Source: an uncultured bacterium
GTDB lineage: Bacteria > Fidelibacterota > Marinisomatia > Marinisomatales > UBA1611
DNA length: 64,000 nt
Direction: 5' to 3'
Assembly: GCA_943788175.1 (NCBI GenBank)
Contig: CALSPG010000007.1
Span: 1 to 64,000, forward strand
Shown here: positions 1 through 8,279 of the stretch, in pieces
Layout of the letters: each line of letters begins with the position of its first letter
How positions within the stretch are numbered: position 1 is the first letter of the stretch
Made by a program: the position numbers and the translations under genes
The notes under the pieces: model-generated
Database searches by the model: none
Told to the model about the DNA's origin: nothing
Seen by the model: the letters and a program-made list of their open reading frames with translations, nothing else

Positions 1-1003
1 CAAAAACAATGAACCAATTTCTGCTATACCAAACATTAATGTAACTGGAGGTCTACGTGCACTGAAATATTTATCTGATATATAACCATACGCAATACAA
101 CCAATGATTCCTGTGAATGTATTTAACCCAACCAAACCACCTGCTTCAAGTAAAGAATATCCTCTAGCCTTCTTGTAAGTACAAAACACCCCAGCTGTTT
201 ATAGCATACCTAGTTACATACATTGTAGCACTAGCTAAACCCAGAACCCATATAGATGGATACCTTATAATTTTTAATTGATTCTGTAAAACCTCTTTAA
301 AGTTTTTAGAAACCTTTTTAACATTTTCTTCATTTTTCCAATCGGTAACACTTGGAAGCCCTAGCGTTTCTGGCCGGTCTTGTAAAAATCGATATCCAGC
401 AAAAGTAATTAATATCAATGAAATTCCAGGACCAATAAATCCTGCATGCCATGAAAAATAATCAACGAGGGCTGCTGTACCAATGAATGTAAGCCCTTCT
501 CCAATGGCGTGAGCTGTGCTCCATAGTCCATAATACCAGCCTCTTTCTTTTGGGCTGAACCAATTTGTTAAAGCAATTGCACATGAAGGAGCACCGATTC
601 CCTGAACCCACCCATTTAAAAACCAAAAAACAACCCATAATGTTAAGGATTGATTTAAGCCCATTGATATATTGATTGCTCCAGAAGTAATCAAACCAAA
701 TGTAAAAAACCTTTTTATATTTGCATAATCAGCCAAAAATCCATTTAAAAATTTTCCTAATGCATAACCATAAAAATAAGCAGAGCCAACTAAACCAAGG
801 TCAACAATTGAAAAAATGCCACCATCTATTAATGGTTTTTTAACAACAGAAAGGGCCAACCTACAAGTATATCCAAACCCATAAAGCGTAATTATCGTAG
901 CAAGGATCTCTTTACGATACTTTGAGTATTTGCTTTTTATCTGATCAACATCAGTAATGATAGGCTGATCAACACCAGCTTTAAAAAAATCTAATATATT
1001 AAT
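1..1003 (-). CDS. GlpT/UhpT/PgtP-like organophosphate:Pi antiporter-family MFS transporter (3' end beyond window; frameshift near 169)
   Basis: ORF 164-859 has OPA-family motifs (AYGYALGKFLNGFLAD, WFSPKERG, DRPETLGLP, YVTRYAINSWG). The frame stays open upstream to an ATT at 1003 (..KYSKYRKEILATIITLYGFGYTCR..). After one extra G near 169 the protein continues as ARGYSLLEAG..GYISDKYFSARRPP. Confidence 0.85.
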
Positions 1004-1008
1004 TACTA

Positions 1009-2436
1009 CTAATCTCCCAATTCAAAACAAAAATCGTGTTCAAGTAAGTCACCTTCTTTATTTTTAACAAATTCACCTTTGTGATTTTTTACCTTCCACT
1101 CAATACATATATTATCTCCTCCATCATCAATAACCTCCATAATACCAAATTGACCGCGAACGCCGCTAGCACCATGCGAATATGGCCCGCCTTTGATACT
1201 TGGCTTTCTATCTAAAGGACCTGCGTGGAAAATCGGAATTGGAGCGCCACCATTTGTTGCATAATCACTATTTGTACCATCATCAATTGCCGCCATATGC
1301 GCATCTCCACTAACTATACAAACTGGTATATCATTCTTTTTAATAAAATTTGCAATGCCTGTTCTTTCCTCGGGATACCACCCCCAATTATCATGGTCAT
1401 CACACTCAAAACCTTTACTTGTCTTGATAATTTCACTTTGTTCACAATTAAAAGTACTTACATCTGGAGCACTCAAATAGGGGAAACTTGAATGCCAAAC
1501 AACGGCATTATTATTTGCTTTTGCAATCAATAATTGATCTTTAAACCAGTTTAGATGTTCATCCGATCCAAAATTAGAACCATCTTTTATTTTCTTACAG
1601 TTTGGTGAATCAAGGTTTTCACAATCGCCTTGAAACAATGGTCTTCTTTTTTCAGAGCGCAAATCAGTTAATAAATAAGTTATCCTGCCAACATTAAAAA
1701 CTTGTGATATAACCTCACCTTCTTCTTGAAAAGCTAAAGGATAATGTGGAACATAATTTTTATATGCGTGCCTTGCTTCTGATTGACAAGCGACCTTACC
1801 ATCTCCATTTGGAGCAAGCCCGGCACTATTGTTTGGGCCATAGTCATGGTCATCCCACATATAAGCTATCGGAATATTGTTATACAAACTTGATTGTTTT
1901 TTGGAGCCAAGAGTAGCACGAAAATATGTTAAAAAGTTGTCTTCACAATCTCTGTATATGTTCCCATAATGAAAGTCACCAAGCATTAAATAAAACTGCG
2001 AATTCTCTTCTCTTATCCGGTCAAATACCGGACTATTAGACCCCGTAGTAGCGCATGTTGCCATCGTTACTTTATACGAAAAAGGTTTATCACTATGAGT
2101 TTTAAACTTTCCAATTTGGTCTTTTTCTAAAGTCCCATTAATATTAAACCTATAGTAGTATGTTTGATTAGGTTTTAGTTTTATTAATTGTTCTTTTGCA
2201 AAGAAATTAGATTTTTCATCGATTGTTGTTGTTTTTGTATATCGTTTATTTTTTTTAAAATTTTTATTATCACTGTATTGAATCTTAATTTTAGCTTTTT
2301 TATCAGTTGCATAAGATATTACAGCGCTCTCAGATGTAACGGCACCAGACCAATAATATTCAATTTCACCAGCTTTTATAAAATTAAATAAAAACAAACT
2401 AAAAGCAACTAACTTAACATTTTTATAAATATCCAT
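1009..2436 (-). CDS. PhoD-like alkaline phosphatase/phosphodiesterase with N-terminal FN3-like domain, secreted
   Basis: Motifs LGDFHY, WDDHDYGPNNS, DLRS and SGDAH; hydrophobic N-terminal signal peptide. Confidence 0.85.
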   Translation of the reverse strand: MDIYKNVKLVAFSLFLFNFIKAGEIEYYWSGAVTSESAVISYATDKKAKIKIQYSDNKNFKKNKRYTKTTTIDEKSNFFAKEQLIKLKPNQTYYYRFNINGTLEKDQIGKFKTHSDKPFSYKVTMATCATTGSNSPVFDRIREENSQFYLMLGDFHYGNIYRDCEDNFLTYFRATLGSKKQSSLYNNIPIAYMWDDHDYGPNNSAGLAPNGDGKVACQSEARHAYKNYVPHYPLAFQEEGEVISQVFNVGRITYLLTDLRSEKRRPLFQGDCENLDSPNCKKIKDGSNFGSDEHLNWFKDQLLIAKANNNAVVWHSSFPYLSAPDVSTFNCEQSEIIKTSKGFECDDHDNWGWYPEERTGIANFIKKNDIPVCIVSGDAHMAAIDDGTNSDYATNGGAPIPIFHAGPLDRKPSIKGGPYSHGASGVRGQFGIMEVIDDGGDNICIEWKVKNHKGEFVKNKEGDLLEHDFCFELGD

Positions 2437-2439
2437 TTT

Positions 2440-3204
2440 CTACTCCAACATGTTTTCAAAAGATTTTACATATGTAAACCCGTTATATCTTTTTTTATCA
2501 TCATGCCTTATTGCCCACAAATAATACATGTGGAACCCTGGGGCAGATGTTTGACTATGAGTTTTACTATTTGTAATAGCGAGTACGTCACCATTTTTTA
2601 TTTTAAACACCTCTTCTCCTAACTCTCCATGTCCATATCCCCAACCTGGTGAAAGCTCATAATAATAGAGTTCAGATTGCGGATGATGATGAGGTGGATA
2701 ACTACTCCATTTTCCTGGAAAATTTAAAACCTCCCCGATGACAAGCTTTGCTTCTTTTGGAGAAATAGTATCATCAAAAGCTAAACGAACTAACCTATAA
2801 CAGGTATCATCTAATTGATCTTTACCTCTGTGTTCAGTGTCTATATCATTCGGTAAGTAAATTTTTCCTTTAAATTTTTCGTTGTTCGCTGTTTTAATTA
2901 TTGAGAACCGAGATTGCGTTTTAGATCTTATTTTAACACTTTCCCCAGGACTCATATGCACAACTGTGGGGTCACAATCAATCCAATTAGGACGATCGAA
3001 TTTTATAGTCTCCCCTTGAAATTCTATTTCTCCCTTTCCTTCTATCACAATGATAGCAATTTCTTTTTCATCATCTTTTAGTTCAAAACTTTCATTTTCA
3101 GCTGCAATGAAAATATCAAAATCCATCCCGGTTTTACCCTGAGTTTCAACATAGGAGTTGGTTCCCGATTTAAAACCATTACGATGTGGCGCTATCAATG
3201 TCAT
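2440..3204 (-). CDS. iolB: 5-deoxy-glucuronate isomerase
   Basis: KduI/IolB family motifs GKWSSYPPHHH, ELYYY, H..SAPGFHMYYLW; located in the iol operon. Confidence 0.9.
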   Translation of the reverse strand: MTLIAPHRNGFKSGTNSYVETQGKTGMDFDIFIAAENESFELKDDEKEIAIIVIEGKGEIEFQGETIKFDRPNWIDCDPTVVHMSPGESVKIRSKTQSRFSIIKTANNEKFKGKIYLPNDIDTEHRGKDQLDDTCYRLVRLAFDDTISPKEAKLVIGEVLNFPGKWSSYPPHHHPQSELYYYELSPGWGYGHGELGEEVFKIKNGDVLAITNSKTHSQTSAPGFHMYYLWAIRHDDKKRYNGFTYVKSFENMLE

Positions 3205-3207
3205 ATC

Positions 3208-4272
3208 CTATTTTCCTATCATTCTGCTTCTAATCAAAGCAATAAATTCATCATACCCCTCTAAAAATGTTTTCATAGTATGGACACAAGCACCAAAAGA
3301 TTCAAACTCATCTGTATTCATACCATCTTCATTATAAGCTTTATTAAAATCATCAAAATTACTTCTTAAAACATTCATAATATTTTCGTCAACTGGTTTA
3401 TCAACTCTGTTTTTAACCTCAATGTCTGAGTCATTAAACTTGTTCCACCACTCATAAGGCATACTTATAACTATATCACCCCCAACAATTTCTTTCCAAT
3501 GTAAGTCACATCGAAATGCTGCCGCTAAGAGTTTAGATTTATAATTTTTCTTTTTAAAAATAGAATAGGCATTTTTAAATATCGCTATTGAAGCCCAGTC
3601 TATTGTTTTAGGGTCTATATCAATTCCCTTGGATTCTCTTATTCTTTTTAAATGGTCATCAATTCTACCAACCATGATTGTAACATACGGTGTTACATTT
3701 TTCGTATCTATTCCATTTTCCTCAGCCTGAGCAAGGCCTCTTTCAATAGCCTCAGCGACTTGAACAGCTTGTGGAACCGTAAAACTAACTGTAGCATTTA
3801 CTGTTATACCGATAGCTGTAAGCATTTCCATAGCCTTAATTCCTGCAGGCAAAGCAGGACATTTGATTGCAATATTTGGTGCAAGGGATGCTAAATATTT
3901 TCCCTGTTCAAACATTGCTTCTGCATTTCTATAGTATTTAGGGTTTACCTGTAAAGATAGTTTTCCTTTTTGTTTATTTGTCTTTTCGTAGACAGGTAGC
4001 AAAATTTTCGCGGCTTTTTGACCAACCTCATCGCACAATAGCCATAAAATATCGTCTTCTGATGCTTGTTGATTTTTTGAAATCATATCATCTATTACAG
4101 GCATCCAAAATTCTGGATGGTTTTTTACACTGTTAAAAGTAATTACCGGGTTGGATGTAGCGCCTACTGCTCCCTCATCAAAAGCATGTTGAAGTTCAAC
4201 ATGGTCATTTGAATCGTTCCACCAATCAGAACCAAAGTCTGATGTTTGTTGCATTTTTGTTTTTTGATCCAT
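3208..4272 (-). CDS. Transaldolase/fructose-6-phosphate aldolase family enzyme with atypical active site
   Basis: WWNDS, ATSNP, Schiff-base Lys in IAIKCP, VNATVSF, VGRIDD, AAAFR. Confidence 0.85.
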   Translation of the reverse strand: MDQKTKMQQTSDFGSDWWNDSNDHVELQHAFDEGAVGATSNPVITFNSVKNHPEFWMPVIDDMISKNQQASEDDILWLLCDEVGQKAAKILLPVYEKTNKQKGKLSLQVNPKYYRNAEAMFEQGKYLASLAPNIAIKCPALPAGIKAMEMLTAIGITVNATVSFTVPQAVQVAEAIERGLAQAEENGIDTKNVTPYVTIMVGRIDDHLKRIRESKGIDIDPKTIDWASIAIFKNAYSIFKKKNYKSKLLAAAFRCDLHWKEIVGGDIVISMPYEWWNKFNDSDIEVKNRVDKPVDENIMNVLRSNFDDFNKAYNEDGMNTDEFESFGACVHTMKTFLEGYDEFIALIRSRMIGK

Positions 4273-5163
4273 TTAATTACTCCAAATTTTATCAAGATAT
4301 TTTTTTGATGATATTGCAAGCTCAAGCGGGTTGTATATCGCTGGGTCTTGTTCAGCTTCAACAATTATCCAACCTTCATATCCCGAAGCTTTAATAACAT
4401 TGCCAATAGAAACAAAATCAATACCCCCATCACCTGGAACGGTAAAGACTCCTTTTAAAACAGATTTTAAAAATGATTCACTTTGAAAGTTTATATTCTC
4501 GAGAACTTGAAGCCTTAAATCTTTAAAATGTATGTGTTTAATTCGTTGTAAATGTTTTTCAAAAAACGTAATTGGATTTACTCCAGCAAAATATAAGTGC
4601 CCTGTATCCGCGCAAAGATAAACCGAGGAAGGATCAGTCTTTGATAACATCGTTTCTATTTCAATTTCATTTTGAATATAATTCCCCATATGGTGATGAA
4701 ATGCCAAATTCATTCCAAGAGAGTTACAGATTTCTCCAGCCTTATTTAACGATTCTGCTAAAATATCATACTCATTTTCAGTACATACTGGTTTTAAATC
4801 AAGCGGACTATTCATTTCACCATGGACAGAGTTAGAGCATTCTGCAATGTTAATTACTTTAGCTCCAGCTTTATTTAAAAGTGAACATTTTTGTCTGACT
4901 TTTTCTAATTGAGAGTCAATGTCCTGTGATAAAAAAAATGTAGAGTGCCATGAAGAAGCAAGTTCTAAATTATGTTTTTTTAATATATTTTTTATGTCTT
5001 TATCGTTTGATGGAAATTTATTTCCTATTTCAGTACCCTTATATCCAGCTTCTGACATTTCGGATAAGATAGTATCGAGCGTGTAATCCCCACCTATTTC
5101 AGGCATGTCATCATTACTCCAATTAATTGGAGCAATTCCAAGTTTTATGTTTTGATCTAACAA
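4273..5163 (-). CDS. iolE: myo-inosose-2 dehydratase
   Basis: GIAPINWSNDD, FHHHMG, DTGH, HIHFKD, FTVPGDG, VEAEQDP. Confidence 0.95.
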   Translation of the reverse strand: MLDQNIKLGIAPINWSNDDMPEIGGDYTLDTILSEMSEAGYKGTEIGNKFPSNDKDIKNILKKHNLELASSWHSTFFLSQDIDSQLEKVRQKCSLLNKAGAKVINIAECSNSVHGEMNSPLDLKPVCTENEYDILAESLNKAGEICNSLGMNLAFHHHMGNYIQNEIEIETMLSKTDPSSVYLCADTGHLYFAGVNPITFFEKHLQRIKHIHFKDLRLQVLENINFQSESFLKSVLKGVFTVPGDGGIDFVSIGNVIKASGYEGWIIVEAEQDPAIYNPLELAISSKKYLDKIWSN

Positions 5164-5164
5164 G

Positions 5165-7021
5165 TTAGAAATCTCTTTCTTTTTTTATTTGTTGGTCATA
5201 TTGTGCTCTGACTTCTTTGACTTTTTCAGATGCTGATACTTCAGCAACTGGTACATCCCACCATGCACCATAACCCGGAACGCGTATATTTTTATCTACT
5301 AAAACTTCTATTAGTATAGAGTTGGTATTTTTTCTGGCTTTATTTAGAGCATTCTCAAATTCATTTTTTTCTTGAACCCTTACTGCATCTATTCCCATAG
5401 ATTTTGCATGCGCAACATAATCAACGTGTATCCTGTCTCCGGTGTAATCATTCGTATTTATTTCTCTTTTTTTATATTGGTTTCCGAAACCCTTACTGCC
5501 GAGACTTAAAGAAAGATTATTTATACTTCCAAAACCATGATTATTTACTAAAATGATAATCAATTTTTGGTCTTCTTGTACCGCTGTTACAATTTCTGAA
5601 TTCATCATTAAATAAGAACCATCTCCAACCATTACAAAAACGTCGCCCTCTTTTTTTGCCATCCGTATTCCAAGGCCACCTGCAACTTCATATCCCATAC
5701 ATGAATAACCATATTCCATATGATACTGGCTTCCGTTTTTTGTGCGCCAAAGTTTATGCATATCACCTGGAAGACTACCAGCCGCTCCAACCACTGTATC
5801 TTCTTTTTCCATAAAATTTGATACTATACCTATAACCTCACCTTGACTTATTTGAGGTTCATTATTTAAATCGAATATTCTATCTACTTCTTTATCCCAC
5901 GCCTCTTTTAGGGTAATAATTTCTTTTTCATATTTTTGAGAAACCGTAAAACCTTGACTTTTTAACCTATTATTTAAATCTTCAACACAAGATTTTGCAT
6001 CACCAACTAAAGACAAAGAAGAGTGTTTATATGCGTCAAAAGATGAAACATTAATGCTTATAAATTTGACATCTTTATTATTAAAAAGGGTTTTTGACGC
6101 AGTAGTAAAATCTGATAGTCTACTTCCAATGCATATGACGAGGTCCGCTTTTTGAGCCATCAGGTTTGCTGCATTTGTACCTGTAACTCCTATCGCACCT
6201 AAGTTTTGTTTATGGTTCCACGGTAACGAACCTTTTCCAGCTTGAGTTTCTGTTATTGGAATACCTGAGTTTTTACAAAAAGCACTTAACATATTTTCAG
6301 CATCTGAATAAATAATACCACCGCCAGCAATTATTAAAGGCCTTGATGATTTTTTAATAAGACTAGCTGCTTTCGCTAAAGAATTTTCTGATGGTACGTT
6401 TCTTGAGATTGACCAAACTTTTTTCTCAAAAAAGTTTTCTGGATAATGATAAGCCTCAGCTTGAACATCTTGTGGTAGGCAAATTGTAACAGCTCCTGTT
6501 TTTTCTGGGTTTGTCAACACGCGCATTGCTTCTACCAAAGAGGTAATTATTTGTTCTGGTCTGTTTATTCTATCCCAAAAGACACTTACGGGTTTAAAAC
6601 AATCATTTACCGAAACATCAAAAGAATTTGTATGCTCAAGTTGCTGTAAAACAGGACCTACATTTCTTCTACTAAAAATGTCACCAGGTAACAATAAAAC
6701 TGGTAATCTATTTATGGTAGCTCCTGCAGCAGCTGTAATCATATTCGTTGCACCTGGCCCGATAGATGTAGTGCAAGCATACGTTTTTAATCTTTTGTGT
6801 TGTTTGGCATACGCAACTGCGGCGTGGACCATGCCTTGCTCATTGCGAGGCAGGTAATGCTTTAGATCTCTATTTTGTTCTAAAGCCTCTCCAATTCCCG
6901 CAACATTTCCATGTCCAAATATTCCCCAAACGCCATTAATAAACTTATGTTCTTCTCCATCTCTTTCAACGTATTGTTGATTTAAAAACTGAATAGTTGC
7001 CTGGGCTGAAGTAAGCTTCAT
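5165..7021 (-). CDS. iolD: 3D-(3,5/4)-trihydroxycyclohexane-1,2-dione acylhydrolase (TPP-dependent)
   Basis: IFGHGNVAG, RNEQGM, TSIGPGATN, HMEYGYSCMGYE, GDGSYLM, WWDVPV. Confidence 0.97.
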   Translation of the reverse strand: MKLTSAQATIQFLNQQYVERDGEEHKFINGVWGIFGHGNVAGIGEALEQNRDLKHYLPRNEQGMVHAAVAYAKQHKRLKTYACTTSIGPGATNMITAAAGATINRLPVLLLPGDIFSRRNVGPVLQQLEHTNSFDVSVNDCFKPVSVFWDRINRPEQIITSLVEAMRVLTNPEKTGAVTICLPQDVQAEAYHYPENFFEKKVWSISRNVPSENSLAKAASLIKKSSRPLIIAGGGIIYSDAENMLSAFCKNSGIPITETQAGKGSLPWNHKQNLGAIGVTGTNAANLMAQKADLVICIGSRLSDFTTASKTLFNNKDVKFISINVSSFDAYKHSSLSLVGDAKSCVEDLNNRLKSQGFTVSQKYEKEIITLKEAWDKEVDRIFDLNNEPQISQGEVIGIVSNFMEKEDTVVGAAGSLPGDMHKLWRTKNGSQYHMEYGYSCMGYEVAGGLGIRMAKKEGDVFVMVGDGSYLMMNSEIVTAVQEDQKLIIILVNNHGFGSINNLSLSLGSKGFGNQYKKREINTNDYTGDRIHVDYVAHAKSMGIDAVRVQEKNEFENALNKARKNTNSILIEVLVDKNIRVPGYGAWWDVPVAEVSASEKVKEVRAQYDQQIKKERDF

Positions 7022-7034
7022 GAGTTACTATAGT

Positions 7035-8126
7035 TTAGTACCGGATGCTCCACTTATTATTATTTGATAGTGGAGGATTAAATGACGATGCTATGTTCTC
7101 CCAAGGCACTACTTTAAAATTCTGTTTACCTTTATCATTCTCATCATCTTGAACAATAAATGCACCTTGGCTAAAGTTTTTCCCTAGACTCATATTGCAA
7201 ACATCTATTCCATCTGTTGAACTGGTCCCATCGATATTTTCACTATCTACAATTGCAAACCTACCTATAAATTTGTTATCACCTTCTCTGGTATAAATAG
7301 CATATGTATTATCACCCTGGCTAGATGCGATTAAATACCCTGTGGTTTTACTACTATAATAAATCGTTAAACCTTCAACATCAGCAGCAAGGTTAGGACC
7401 AATAGAATCAATTAACACACCCTCTTCTGATGAATTGGGGTTTGCATTATATTTCCAAATACCATTTTCCTCTTCACCAAGATAAAGGTGACCTAAAATA
7501 TCATCAGCAACACAACCTTCAAGTTGCCCAGGTAGTTTTAATGTCCTAACAAGCTTTGCATCGACTTTGCCAGAACCATTGTCAAATAATTTATATTGCT
7601 CAACATTACCTTCTTTATCATTGATAATTGCATAGAAAGTATTTGTTGCAATGTCTTTATACATACAAGAACCATAAGCTTCAATACCAAGACTTATTTT
7701 CCTAGCGGCTATTGATATTAAAGATTTAGAATTTCCATCAACCCTATAAACACCTAGAGTATTTGAGACTCTCAGACCTGTTGTAACTATGTCATAGGCA
7801 TTAGATCCAACTTTCATTCCATATCGAATATCTACATTGTTTGCCTTTTCATTGCTGGTTGTAAAAACCTGATCACCATCCATATTATATACCCTAAGCC
7901 CCGGGTAGTTTTCGTCTTTATCGGTTCCAATAATTAAGGATAATGAGGGGTTTGTTGGATGCACCCAAACACAAGGATCATCCGCTACATCATCTCTACC
8001 AGTAACAGGTTCTGTTTCCATTGTAGCATTAACATATGCATCTGTTACACGAACTATATTATCTTTAGAACAAGCGGATAACATTAAAATAGCGCAAAGT
8101 ATTGAAAGATTAATTTTGTTTTTCAT
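7035..8126 (-). CDS. Beta-propeller phytase (single domain, lipoprotein)
   Basis: ETEPV..DVADDPCVW, GTDK, NNVD, EGCVAD, DVEGL, ASSQG, TDG, QNFKVVPW; lipobox LSAC. Confidence 0.93.
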   Translation of the reverse strand: MKNKINLSILCAILMLSACSKDNIVRVTDAYVNATMETEPVTGRDDVADDPCVWVHPTNPSLSLIIGTDKDENYPGLRVYNMDGDQVFTTSNEKANNVDIRYGMKVGSNAYDIVTTGLRVSNTLGVYRVDGNSKSLISIAARKISLGIEAYGSCMYKDIATNTFYAIINDKEGNVEQYKLFDNGSGKVDAKLVRTLKLPGQLEGCVADDILGHLYLGEEENGIWKYNANPNSSEEGVLIDSIGPNLAADVEGLTIYYSSKTTGYLIASSQGDNTYAIYTREGDNKFIGRFAIVDSENIDGTSSTDGIDVCNMSLGKNFSQGAFIVQDDENDKGKQNFKVVPWENIASSFNPPLSNNNKWSIRY

Positions 8127-8158
8127 AAAAGGGATCCATTTAATTGTTATATAAAATT

Positions 8159-8174
8159 AAATGTACGTACAATT
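8159..8174. promoter_or_regulatory. Putative AraR/GntR-type operator AAATGTACGTACAATT within the predicted phytase-iol promoter (minus strand TTGGAC 8188-8183, 17 bp, TACATT 8165-8160)
   Basis: Perfect 10-bp palindromic core TGTACGTACA, resembling the B. subtilis AraR operator; related copies at 11235 and 11350. Confidence 0.7.
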
Positions 8175-8220
8175 AGATAAGTGTCCAAGTTTTTTGAGAG
8201 CACTATATTATTTTAAAAAC

Positions 8221-8253
8221 AACAAAGGCCTCAATAAAATCGAGGCCTTTGTT
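8221..8253. terminator. Intrinsic terminator after the TonB-dependent receptor
   Basis: 12-bp inverted repeat AACAAAGGCCTC / GAGGCCTTTGTT with 9-nt loop, T-rich tail on the minus strand. Confidence 0.8.
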
Positions 8254-8279
8254 TAATAAGTAACTTCTGAAACTAAAAA

